From Balanoglossus misakiensis (taxonomy: Eukaryota; Animalia; Hemichordata), in NCBI GenBank assembly GCA_040954595.2, contig CM082576.2:9861129-9925128 (forward strand): a stretch of DNA of 64,000 nucleotides. Direction: 5' to 3'. Under the pieces are notes generated by a model, which did no database searches, was not told the origin of the DNA, and worked only from the letters and a program-made list of their open reading frames with translations. Below, piece by piece: positions 20,101 through 33,200 of this stretch (its first letter is position 1; every line of letters starts with the position of its first letter). Made by a program: the position numbers and the translations under genes.

Positions 20101-23100
20101 AACACTCTCAGCATTCATAATCATCATTTGGCATGATAATAACAGCGACATATATTTATCAGCATGGGTGATTGCTTTATTGACCCAATATTGTAATGGG
20201 AGACGTCATATTTGCGTCGACCCCGATGAAAATGTCTGAAACCTTATTATTTTCTTGTGAATGGGGAAATTGAATGAATGCAATATACACTAAATGGCGG
20301 TGCCCACATCTTTCAGATGTGCGTGCCTTGCAACGTTGATGCGAGTGCCAGGCCCCGTCTTGTGAACTCTGGCATGGAATTTTTAGACAGAACCACACCT
20401 CTATGTCATCTCTGGCTAAAATATCAACGTCAACCAGTTTTAGCTGAAAATGTTCATTGCAGACTAATTTGCATGTGAAATAATTTTTATTATGACCTAG
20501 ATTTTTGCACATTAATATGCTAATTTGACATTTGAATTAATTACATTAATATAGGTCCCATAAAACACTTTCCTTTGAACACACATTTACATTCTTGTTT
20601 CTTCCTCAATTACAGGATTTATTTATTTTGAAAGCTCCTAATTTGTGTTGAATGATCTTAGTACCTCAATAATCACTTTTTCCTCTCCCCCTTTGCTAAT
20701 TGTTTAAACCATTTATGTTTTCCTTGGCATTTATTTCACTGTCAGAATTGATGAGTTTTTATTCCTCAGAGCATTTTCTCACAAGATGAGCCAATTTTAA
20801 TTACCTTCATAGACCATGTAGTTATGTTTATTAATGCCTGTTTATTGCTTCTGCTGTAGTGCATGAATATTATATGAGGCAGAAACAGATAAAAATGACC
20901 ACAGAGAAAATATTATAAAATAATTCCATAGAAAATGTTGTAAAATAAATCCATGGTATGCGACTTTTGATTGTGGTAAATGTCTTAACCGTTTTATGTA
21001 CGTCATTACAGTACATGTTGAATTATGGTAGTTATTTTAACTGAAGGGAATCTTAATGACAAAGATTAATGTCTGTGGAAATATTGCAGAGTATTGAAAA
21101 ATTACTTGTAAATCAGAATTGCCTTGAAGAAAAGATAGCGCTGGTAAAAAAAAAGGTTGTGACCTTGGTTGTTTGTTGAAACTTGATATATGTGGGTGGG
21201 TTTCAGACAGCAATTTGGCTCACGTAAGTGTCTCCAATAATAAAGCATAATACATGTACCTGTAATGTAACAATCTAATATTGTACCGCGTATAATTTTA
21301 GGCTGATAGGTTGATCATTTTGTTTGGTCTACTGTCGTGTTGAAGATTTTAATTTTATAAGTAGAACACTATGCATTTATTTTCTTTTATCTATGCCTCT
21401 GTGTTTATTTCTATGGTGTTAGAGGGTCTTCACAATACATTATGCATAATTGATGTATGTGCACATTAATTTATTTATGAATGTTTCTAGATCACCATGG
21501 CCCAGGAGCTGGCCCATTCTTGCAGGTGTACTGGTTTCAGTCTAATGTTCACTGATACACTGGATACAATTGTACTGTGAATTCTTCTCTCTTTATTTTA
21601 ATCATGATACTTAGAAATAGAATCCTTTAATTGCTTAGTCGCTGGCATGCAGATTACTGTATCTCTTTACGCTGTTCAAGTTACGTTTGGATCAAATTCA
21701 ATACACGGGTTGTAAGATGCAAACCGTTGACCAGTTGTATCCAATTTGGCAGCACAGTTGCAACCAGTCAGATAGTCTAGGCTCCAATCGATATTGATTT
21801 AACAATTGCAAGATTACTTGTCGGTTCAGACAATTGAATAAATACATCTAAGTTGACCTCAGGTGGTTTGCAAAAAAATGCAGACCTGTCAGGTGCATCT
21901 TGTTAATTGCATATTCAAATGTCAACATTCTGGTCTCCATGGTGATGATTAGCAGTTGAGTGATTACTCGTTCTATTCAAAATGTGGGTAAAATATCACG
22001 TTTTCTCTGTAGAGCCGTTGCTGATAACTCTTCTTTCTTTTGATGGTAAATATGATTCTTTGCTGTTGCATTGCATGAAATAAAAATGTTTGCAATCCAA
22101 TCAAGCAGACATACATGTACATGTATTGTCTCTCAACCTCTCGCATTGCATGGTGTTTTGACTCATTTTGCCTTTACCCCCTCAGCTATGTGTCATTTTG
22201 GTGCCAACCGGACTAACGCCATTTTTACTTCAGAATAGCGGTAGAAATACATATTCACACTATTAACTTCCATTTCATTTGAAAGAAGATACTCTTACAT
22301 GTATGCTGACTTTATGAACACTGTCTTTCATCTGGGTTTACATTGTTTAGATCCGACCGCATCATTTATTATTATTAACAAAAAAGCAAGATTGTATCAA
22401 GCAAGTGGTGGCGAAATGGTTCGGAATATTTCCAGGAGGGGTTTCAGAAATTCAGGACAAATTTTCTACACAACGTACATCGGGATAGTGATCATGAAAT
22501 TAACAAAGTTGTCCGTTTAGCCTCATCACGTTGATCATCATGTCGGTGCCAAGTCCAAGCAAAATCAATAATACTTGATTTGTGTAAATGCTGACATTTA
22601 CCCCCAACTTCTTTAACATTGATTTCGTTGTATTTCCACAGTTATAGAATTGATATACTGGAGAGATGTGAAGAAATCCGGCATAGTGTTCGGCAGCGTG
22701 CTGTTCCTTCTGCTGTCCCTCTGTTGCAATTCCCTCATTAGTGTGGTGTCGTATCTTTCCTTGGCCGTTCTCACCGTCACCATCAGCTTCCGGGTGTACA
22801 AGACCGTCTTGCAAGCCGTACAGAAAACTGGAGAGGGCAACCCATTCAAGTGAGTCCCCCCCCCCCCCCACACACACACACACCTTCTGTTCATTTCTGT
22901 CAAGTGTCAGGCCAATCTTAAATTCAATTCTTTTCAAATACTCTATTGATAATGACTACAAACACATGTAGAAATTTGCCTTCAGGCTCGTCAAATGAGT
23001 TACAGGAAGATTCTAATTAAATACAACGCTTTTGTGCAGAGAAGTGGTTAAAAAAAAAAAACAGCAACATGGGTATAATAAGATATGGGATAACGTCGCC

Positions 23101-26100
23101 ATGCAATTGAGACCAACACACAGCAAGCATAACACGCATTCGTGTCGTGAATTGTGGTGTGTCTGTTATCAGAAATAGGTTACATGTCACATGTGTCATG
23201 ATAATTCATAATCCACACTCATATATATAATTCAATGTTGTATTGTAAGTCGCTTTATGACAGTGCCAGTTGTACTGCCGTAAACCATTTGAAGGTATTA
23301 GTTGAAAGATTTTTTTCTGCCAAATATGGCTGAAACACACAAACAAGGAAGCTGTGTTAAAATTCACTTTCAAAGTGTCATCTGTCATGCAAGTCAGTTA
23401 TTTATTTCTAACTTATCAAGTCCTGTTGAGGACATCTACATGTATGTAATTGCTCAATTCCATGAGATTTGAGTAGATTTGACTTGAAAGATATAAAAGC
23501 AGTGTCTCCGCCCCATTTCCTATATTCCACCAAATTTTGCACCCACCCAGGCTTAAGAACAACAGAAGGGGGAAACAGCATGATTTTGTGAGATACAAAA
23601 GTATGCAACAACTTTGGTACCTCTTCACACAGTAGCCACACAGTGATTGCCCCCCGACTGCATCCTCAGAATAATTCATACTCGGAATGCACACAGGGAC
23701 GATAAATCATCCGATGGAAAGAGTGTGATAGATGTCCGATGCAGCTGTGTATGTTTCAGCGTGTGGCCCTTTGGGTGCGGTCAGCGTCCACTGCCCATGG
23801 TTTATTTCAGGATGTCTTATTGCCTTGGTTGATTTACTGTCGAACCCCGGGCAAGATCAGTGTTGAATGCTTCCAAGTAAATGTTTGGCCTTGCGGTGTG
23901 GTGTTAGGTTGGAGGGTGAGGTCAAGTGAATGAATTGCTGGTCCCCCTTGCCCAGATAGATTTATTAACAGCTGATCTTGCATTCCACCATATTTTGAAC
24001 TTGAAGATGACACATCACTACTCTGAAGACGGTACAAAAATGTATCTAATTCTTGAGACTTTTAGGTATGCCACTGCTAAATATGTGGACGTCTTTGTCA
24101 GATATTGTTGGTTCTTCTAATGGGTTCAGTTGTTTTCTATGTGTGGCGTACCCAATAAAAGATGTAAAACCTGAGCTATTTCAGGGGAGAAATACATAGA
24201 TCTCACATTAAACTAGTTGCAACAAAATGTGCTGTATAAATGACAAGACTGCTAAAAAGAATGTAAGGGCAGTGAGAAATATGGATGTATCGACTTTTGT
24301 TGCCTGTATCACAGTGTGAAAGATGACATTTGCTTGTGCCTGGTCAAAAAGGTCACTCTTACAGTATCTCTGTGTCTAGAACATATACTTATAGGATGTC
24401 TTTAATTTCACCGAAGGATGCACGCATCAGCAAAACTCGCCCTCACTCAATATATCAGGTTCTATGTCTGATTTCACGTCCAACACATCTTTCAAATCAT
24501 TTTGTCTAACTTTGTTCTTCAACGCTGCTTTTGACATCCTAGGGGTTTCCTGGAAACTGACATTGAAATTCCGAGAGAAAAGGTCGATGCCGTCGTTCAG
24601 CAAGTCCTGGACCACCTGGATAAATGTCTCAACGTTCTCCGACGCCTCTTTCTGGTTGAGGACCTGGTAGATTCCATTAAGGTAATAACGTCATATAAGA
24701 TATTAGCTCTGCACTCATCACAGTTAAACTAAATATTATGCGGCTTTCAGTATCCACATGGTAACCATATTTACCTCCCCCCCCCCCCCCCCTTCCTCAA
24801 AACTTTGGTCTTAGAAGCTGAAAATAATCAGTCAGTGTGGAAATCTATTTTCAGACAGACTATGAATACTAGGCACTTGAAGGAATGAGCTGTAACTAAT
24901 GGTTGTTGTTCAATCTTTGGAAAATTTTATGGTAGTCATCCCAACCGAGCAAAGTAATGCTCTCATTGAAGCACTGTACTTAAATGCTTCCTGTTCATAG
25001 CAATTACCGGCAATGAGTGAAAGTTAATGTCATTTTCAATCAGATAGCTGTGTGTGTAGTACATATCAGACAATTTAATTTGTCAGGGTATCAAATTTGA
25101 ATTGCAAAATATGCCACAAAATATTTTCTGCATGAACTTAGAGTCTGTATCATGACTGTCACTGATGTTTTGTGTATATCCCAGTTTTACAGTATTTTTC
25201 AATTGATGTTGACTTATAAATACCAACAGGCAAACGTCAACTCTGTCAATGTCATCAACCAGTCTAGAACACCCAGAGCACAAAAATCACTGTCGACACT
25301 CTGAAATTCCCTGAGAATGCCCTTTTATGGCTTTGTTGGTGCAATTCCTCCTATTCAAATATTTTTCGTTGATATTACTACAATTCAGCTTAAAATTTAT
25401 GAAGCATGAACCTGTACATGTAAATCTTTTATGGGTGAGAATCGTGATAAACAAAGCTGAACATACATAAGTGGCAATGGAAAGTCTGAGAAAAAATATC
25501 CGGTGTAAAAAGCCGTCTTTGCCGTAGTTGTTGCAGTGACGTATTTTAATCATATTATTAAAGGATGTCTGCCGTTAGCTCAAATTAGAAGTTTTGTAGA
25601 CGTGACATCAGACATACATCAAAAGACGAGCTCTTCATTTTGTCATGTAGATTATTGCACTGCACCTGCAGCATCAATATGAAAGGAGACGGCTATTACG
25701 CACATTAGGCATTGATGTTACTTGCGTGCAGACTAAAGCTTCAAAGTAACAAGAAATAATTCCGGATGATCGTTGCTTACTAAAGCAACGTGAATCATGT
25801 CTGCATGAATCACAACTTCCTGTTTCTCTGCCTTCCAAGTTGCAACGGTGAAATCTTAGACAAGGTGATTTTACGTACTTCATCCTGTATTAATTTTCTT
25901 TTTTTTTATGATTGCCAGTTTGCTGTTATGCTGTGGCTGATGACATACATTGGAGGATGGTTCAACGGCCTTACACTTCTGATCCTTGGTGAGTGTCCAT
26001 TCCATTTTATCTAAGTGTACATGTATCTCAGTTTTTGTGTGTCTGCATCCTGCGTGTCTCTGTTGTCCAGATTGCAGTTATACAATGATGGTTTTAATTG

Positions 26101-27705
26101 ATTCATCAATTGCAACCATTGTCTGCAGTCTGAATTGCATTAGGTGTGTTTGCTGACCTCACCTTTTGTCAATAGACTGCCCGACTGGTTGATTGATTAA
26201 ATTTCTGTCCTGACCACTTCTCTATTATTATAATAGTATTAAGTTAGGGTGCACCTCAAGGACATATTTTAGGTCCTGCAATCTTTTTATTTCTTTGCTA
26301 TACATGTAGTAAAGTGTATTTCTGTGTCAAGATGGAGGATTCACATACATGTACATAAACATGTGACTCACAAAAATCTAAGAGCATATGAGAGTAGCAA
26401 AAAAATCATGATCATACGTCATGCTTTGAAAATGTCTTGTGTCTGTGTAAAGGAGAGATAGGTGTGTGTGTCATAACCATGACAACCAATGCAAGTCATT
26501 CTTGAGTCGCAGTGAAATGAGGATTTCATGATTGGGGACTGTTTAGCAAGTACATGAAATGTAGCATACATGTACAAGTAGTCTAGCAAGCTAATGCAAT
26601 GACCACTGATGAAGGGACAGCAATTCAAAAGTCCTCCATTTACATAACGACATCATCTTGATAATAACTAATGTATGAATAGAAGAGATAATGAATATTC
26701 TTAGAAGTACTTATTGCTAAGATATCACAGCTTGCAACACAACCCTGCATTTCAAGAATTCTCTCTTGTTTGTGTTTCAGCTTTCATTGGCCTGTTCACC
26801 ATCCCCAAAGTGTATGAATTGCATCAGGTAAGAAGATTCTCACAATTGCCCAATCGGCCTTCAAGGCTTGCTCATTGCTGTCTGCAGCATGAATTTTACC
26901 ACTGTCCTTGTACATGTCGTCTTATCATTCTCTTGACTGAGGAATTGGAGTCGCCTGATATAAGATATATGTTTGACAAGTTTAGCCTTTTATTCAATGA
27001 AAACACAGCTTTGTTCAATGCAAGCCACATTATCCTCTCAGCTGTTGGAGATGTACGAGGGAATGTGACATGAATTGAACTCTTCACCGTTTGACCAGTC
27101 ATCTATACAATGTAGGTTGACGTCTGCAATGTGCGTCAATTCCAACATTTCCCTTGTTGGTTTTCTCTTTGCAGGAAAAGATTGACAGCTACATTGACCT
27201 TGTAAACAAGCAAGTCAAGGACGTCATGACAAAGTAAGTGTTTCAACCAGAGGTCACTGACCCCAGGAGGGGGGGGGGAGCTCTACTGGGTCTAAGGACA
27301 GGCGGCACCTTGTGGCACTGTAGTCTCTCATTGTCTATTCATTGCATCCTTTCATATGTAAAGCGTTCCCCTCGATTCCGAAACTTGGCACTGTCCCCAA
27401 CGTGAACGGTATCGCTCTTCAAATAAACATCAATGTCGTCACCGTCTCTCGCGCATGTTGAAACAGGATCGGCTTTTTAAGTGGTGAGAGTTTGCGCATG
27501 TATCCATGGACACCTCTGTTGCCAGTCTGCACAGGAATTTTGTTGTCAGTTATCTCCGAGACGGGTTATCTCAGAGCCATCGCAGGAACAAAAAAAAGGC
27601 TGCATACATCGCCCGTGTTATGTCATCTCCGTTTTGACAGTTCTCTTTTTTTTCCATTCCAGGATTCAGGCCAAAGTACCTTGGTTAAAGAAGAAGACTG
27701 CATAA
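14150..27705 (+). CDS. RTN: Reticulon (RTN1-4 family) ER-shaping protein with an acidic/Pro-rich N-terminus and a C-terminal reticulon homology domain (RHD); 333 aa for the main path
   Basis: Exons: 14150-14546, 15015-15053, 22642-22849, 24543-24681, 25919-25988, 26781-26827, 27175-27233, 27663-27705 (TAA). GT-AG, phases consistent, 1002 nt. Motifs: [87 protein letters not shown], and C-terminal [14 protein letters not shown] (dilysine ER-retrieval signal). RHD exon sizes 208/139/70/47/59 are the classic reticulon pattern as recalled. Confidence 0.95.
16277..16390 (+). CDS. Candidate alternative reticulon exon (alternative first exon from ATG 16282, or a 111/114-nt cassette exon)
   Basis: Open frame [36 protein letters not shown] ends at CAAG|gtaatt in phase 1, compatible with the first RHD exon. 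It is preceded by a tandem acceptor ttttcatatCAGCAG, and both AG choices keep the frame. Confidence 0.6.
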
Positions 27706-29759
27706 AATGCTGGAGTCGCCAAAGCGCCTGTGTAGCTTAGACGATTATGCCTTTAGCGTAAATAAGAATAACGGGAGGGTATAAAAATTCGGGATAGAAC
27801 AATGCAAAAAAAAATTAGTAAGGTTAAATTAAAAGACCTCAAATGTCACATTTAAGAGACTGCAGACACCAACTCCATCATGTGATAATTGTGTCTCAAT
27901 ACAAAAAAAACATACATAGTTGTAGCCCAGAACGAAGTCGGTCTTTTTCGCACCAGTACATTTCTTGTCATTGTATAAAAAGTATCCTTTTCTATGAAAT
28001 AGTTATGTCATTTTGTGCTTTATCTAAGATATGAATTTCATGTTTGTCGAAGTGACAAGGTTTTTTTGCCAAGTGGAAAAACTGGACGTTTATTAATGTA
28101 ACGCAGAAGAATTGATACTTAGTCTGAGATATTGAGTGTACTGTTGTCCTGTGTACAATATTCACATTTTATGCCGATGTTTTGTTACTTGTAGTGAGCA
28201 AAGAATAAAGAAGTTGCAACTCGATTAAAAGGAGAAAAATACAGATTGGATAGCAGGGTGTAAAACCACTAAGTACGAGAATTGTTGCCTTCGACCAGAA
28301 TTTAAGAAAAAAAGGTTTCTAGTGTTTGGATTTACAGTTAAATTTTTGTGGCAATACTCACCGACTATGTGTTTGATAAATCTACGATATTTAAACTGGC
28401 ATTAACTTTCTAAATGTTGTCTTCAGTTGATGGACACTGCATAGGAAATGTACAGTTTGCTGTGGTAGCTGTAGTAACCGACCCTTACCTGGTTTGTTGA
28501 TGATGATGAGAATCATAAGTACTTTGTGCCTGCATAATATATATACATATAACTATCTCGCTGTTTTCTCTCACTTCCGTCGATGCAAAAAAAAAGAAGT
28601 AGAAATCGCTTTGGTATAATCTCAGTTTTTAAGATGAACATTGATGTGTGAACTGTGTAATGTGCTTTTTGCTAAATATTTAGACTGCCACTGGATTGTA
28701 TCACGCCACTGTCTTTGTGCCATATCTATTCTGTTAGTTCTGTTGAGAACTAACGATGCCCCCCCCCCCTCCTTCCTTGGACTTTAATTATTATTAGATA
28801 CACCCCCGGGATATCACGTTGCTTTACTTTAGCCTCTCCTGATGTCAGTACTTTTTGTTTTGAATGTCATGATGACATTTTGTCCGGTCAATACTAAGTT
28901 TGTTCATATCAATTTTTTGTGTGTTTAAAAAAGACGTTTTGTAGATATATGGATTTACATTTAAGACTTTATTGAAAACAGAGTATTAGAAATCCCCCTC
29001 CCCTATTTTTTTTTTTCCTGTTTATTTCCTGTTTTGTTGGAATTTCGCACTTTCAGCGGACGTTTTACTTAAGATCTATTTTGTTGATCTGGTCTCCAAG
29101 GGATGAGTTTAAATATTTTTATCATTCATCGGAATCGGATAACTGATTCTAGCTGTCCATTGGAAAAAAATTACTGACTCGGTATCATTGTTAATGTAAT
29201 CAATCAATTGATCATCCTTGTTAATTAATCATTAAATATGTAGAAAACCAGAGCTGGGTGAAACTGTGTCTTTATTTCAAGGTCTGCCAATGCCTGTTGT
29301 ACAGTATGTGTGTGCGAGTGTTTGAAAATCTATATAGTTCAAGGCAGAGTTACTGAAATACGTCACATGGGCCACTTCTCTGATTGTCAGAGGAAAATAA
29401 ACAAGGCTAATCTTGCAGCACTTGCATTGAAGTACGGCGATAAAATCGAGTACAGGAGATGCAAATGATTGGGCTTTGAAATGGATGCCTTTGATAAGTA
29501 TGGATCAACAATCCCGGAGTACAAAAACTGAAAGGAATATGATTTTTGTGATAAAAAATCACAGCTGAAGATAGTGAAAAGGTCAGGGTCTTTCCATGAT
29601 GTATCGAAAAGTGTCACAAAATTGTGGCTGGACCTGATTACTTGAAAAGAATCACACAGACATTCTTCTCCATAGGCCGAGTGTTTTACACGCGAAAAGG
29701 CCTGGTCATATGGTTGTTTAGATTACCACAATATGGACCTCACTGAGTAATTGAACATA

Positions 29760-30243
29760 TTGGGGTCATCCTGACGTAATATTTTTTTGGTTTGTGATGT
29801 TGCAAAGAGTTTTCTTCGTCATGGTCTCTGTGCGTTCCAAATCATTCAATACGGAAAGAAGGGTGCGCCTTCCACGGTAATGTTATTATTTTTTCTGACT
29901 TTCGTTTTTATCAGTGAGGTCACGTGACCTTTGTAAAGACGGCTGATTGTCGAGGGCGCGCCGCAACAACAACACTAGGTCACACCAAGGTCACATGGGG
30001 GCACCGACCATGACCAGTGACTGACTTGTGCTCGTACTACATGTACTTTGTAATTATCTCCATGGTTATAAACGAAACGCCGGTGGATTTCGTGTAACGG
30101 GCTCGGAGACGTACGGTTATAAGATGAGTATCGTGTGTTTTGGGAACTGACCATGTAAAATTGGAACCGAGAAAACAGTTCACGGCCGTGAGTTTACACT
30201 ATAGCAGTGACCTACATTGAATCGTGACATTGCACGGGAAGAA
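29760..30243 (+). promoter_or_regulatory. Putative ASPG promoter with CLEAR/E-box and nuclear-receptor half-site arrays
   Basis: TGACGTAA at 29772; perfect palindrome AGGTCACGTGACCT at 29917-29930; AGGTCA-cacca-AGGTCA (DR5) at 29977-29993; a locally CpG-rich stretch just upstream of the ATG at 30244. Confidence 0.55.
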
Positions 30244-33200
30244 ATGGCTGGAGAAAATGACCCAGATTCCGAAAGTAAATTCGCCGAGTTTCGACGCAAG
30301 TTTTCTGTCGAACCACTGGCAATCGAGGAGCAAGTTGGAGAGAGACTTCGGGCGCTGGAGTCGCAGGAAGCGCTTGAGACTCAGGAATCTCGAGTTTTGG
30401 TTTTGTACACAGGCGGGACGATCGGAATGAAATGTCGCAATGGAGGTAAAAGTGTAAATTCACACACACACACACGAAACAGATGTAGAGATTCGCCCGG
30501 TCTTTTTCACCACTTGTGGTCTTTAGGGGCAGCATCAGAAGTTCAATGTCAGATTTTCACTTCGATGGCCGCATGAAAAAGTGTGACACCATATTATGGA
30601 CTTACTGAAGGTGATTGGTCATTGCCGGGGGGGGGGGGGGTCAATGTCAGGCTAGCTTTCCTGTTGAAATGGGTTCAACCTAGGTCACTCCACACAGTGA
30701 CTGTGGTTCAACTCTTAAAAAGTGACATCCACTCTCAAAGTTAAATTTTGAATGGTACAACTATAAAGTATTAGTCCAATACTCAACTTTTAGCTGTGGT
30801 AACGCAGAGCCTGCACTGTTGGGGAGGGGGCTGAATAGTGGGGGTAATTTAAAGCCCCCACCCCACCCAACGGTACAGCTGCATTACCACATCTACTCAA
30901 CTTAATGGATATGTATGGTTTGTGGGGGTTTCCACGCTGTCCCTTTGTAATCTGCCTTTGAACAATTTACAAAGATTGTGCAGGTAACACATAGTTCCAC
31001 CCAAATGTGATGATTTTAAATCAGGATGAACTGATGGGTATGATATTGGCAAACATCTAGTATTTATGGTCTTTTAACAAAGGTAGCCTGCTAGACTGAA
31101 GTGTTGAACAAACAAGATTTAATAACAATTAAAGTTGTAAACATGATACTAGGAGATGTATTGATAACCCGCTTCTGTGAACTTACTGCCTCTGACAATC
31201 TCTTGGACCTTGTACTTAGAGACCAGGAGATTATTGCAAATGGCTTGTTTTACGAGAGCATTACAAGTATTTACTGATAATATCGTTTGGTTACCAAAGC
31301 ATGTTGAATCATTTATATCAGATGCCTGCCCACACCTACATCAGGTGTATAAGCATGCCACAGTAACATGGTAATACGGGTACTTCAGTAACCTTTAGGA
31401 GGTCTATGCATAAATTATCTGGGCCAAAATAGAACAAACAAAAAATTTGTTTTCCGGTACAAGAGGCTTCCCAAAAATAGGACAAGGCAGCGTGAGGTAC
31501 ATTGCTTTTTTATTTGCTTCAACTAGAACAAATATGAAAAGTGGTAAAATCACACTTTTGAATAATTTGTAAAATAAATACAAGCACTAAACTTGTATTC
31601 AGCAGTTTGTACCTAAGTCGGGTATCACCATACCAGAAATGCACACATGTTTTTTATTCGTTTTTGAAATTCCGTCTTTGTGTCTTCAACTGGATGAAAA
31701 GACTAAGAGGCTTTTTATCGTGATTCTTCATTCTGTAGTCTATGTACCAGTGTATCAATACCTGAGTGAAATGGTGAGGAAGATGCCCCAGTTACATGAT
31801 AAGGAGTACGAGATCAAGCTTGGAGATGATATCCAGAATAAACCATTCGTCTTGCCGTAAGTCGTGTTTGTTTGAATAAACAGGGTCTCCGAAGTGTGAG
31901 CAGCTGAGAAAAAAAGGGAACTGGAAAACGAACAGTAAATATCGCTATTAGAGGGAGATAAAATAAAGCTTACCAAAAAAATAATGCCAATTTAATAGCC
32001 TGCATTATACTGCATATCTCTCAGTAAGATCATTGCACGTATCTGTAGTTAAGCTTTCATTAAATTTGCTTGATAGTTTTACATTTACATCAATTCCGTA
32101 ACAAATAAAATCATTCCTCAACCAATACATGTATCTTGAGGTGCCAGTGACTTTGACTTCTTGGGTATTAGGGCCGTGTGGTTTTGGGGATGGTTGAAGT
32201 GCAAGGAGACGGCAAAGAATGACTTGATTGCAGGATGAATTAACTGTGAACTGGCAGTCAATTATCTTGGAACCCTTTGAGTTTTAGATATTTCCTGTTC
32301 TTTCTGCAGCCTGTCTCCTCAGAATCGACGTGTGATCTACCGCATCCACGAGTACGAAGTTCTGATCGATTCAAGCAATATGCATGTGACTGACTGGATC
32401 GCAATTGCCCAAGACGTACAGAAAAACTACGAGTCCTTTGACGGCTTCGTTGTGCTCCTTGGTACGGACACCATGGCATATGCGGCATCGGCCCTTTCAT
32501 TCATCTTTGAAAACCTCGGCAAACCGGTCATTTTGACGGGATCACAGGTGCGTATGTAAATTAATTCACCAGTAGTTCGGTACAAAATAACTTAACCCAC
32601 ATTTACCGTTATCAAATTGTGATTGTTGATTAAGTTCATCTGTACTTCAACCATGCTTCGGTCCTTTAATGAGACACGTACCTATTAAAATCTCAATTCT
32701 TTAGGTACCACTGTTTGAGCTTCGTAATGATGGACGGGACAATTTGCTTGGTGCCATTTACCTAGCTGGTCACATGGTCATACCAGAGGTAAGATTCTTT
32801 TAGGAATTGTTTGTAGTTTTGGCCACAGCATAGAATTCACAGTGTTGTCAATGGGTTTGTACTGATTGAAGTATCCTGGTCACCCTTCTAAATGAGAGGG
32901 CGTACAGGGTCACCAGGCACCCTCTGTGGCCGTTCGTGAATGCGATCAATCCATACATGGATGGACGCTGAATGTCCGACCAATTTTACAATGAACAAGA
33001 TGTACCATTCCTTTATCGACTAAAATGTCTTTATTCCATCATCTTTTCTCAAGGTGACACTGTTCTTCAACAACAAACTTTTCCGGGGAAATCGTTCCAC
33101 TAAAGTCGCATCTCACAGTTTTGATGCCTTCGACTCGCCTAATTTGCCTCCACTGGTTACGTTGAATGTCAATGTTGAAGGTGAGTGATGCAAAGTTCTT

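Noticed and set aside
30217-30243. TTG start of the ORF-track ASPG exon 1
   Set aside because: Eukaryotic gene; the in-frame ATG at 30244 (gaaATGG) has a good Kozak context.
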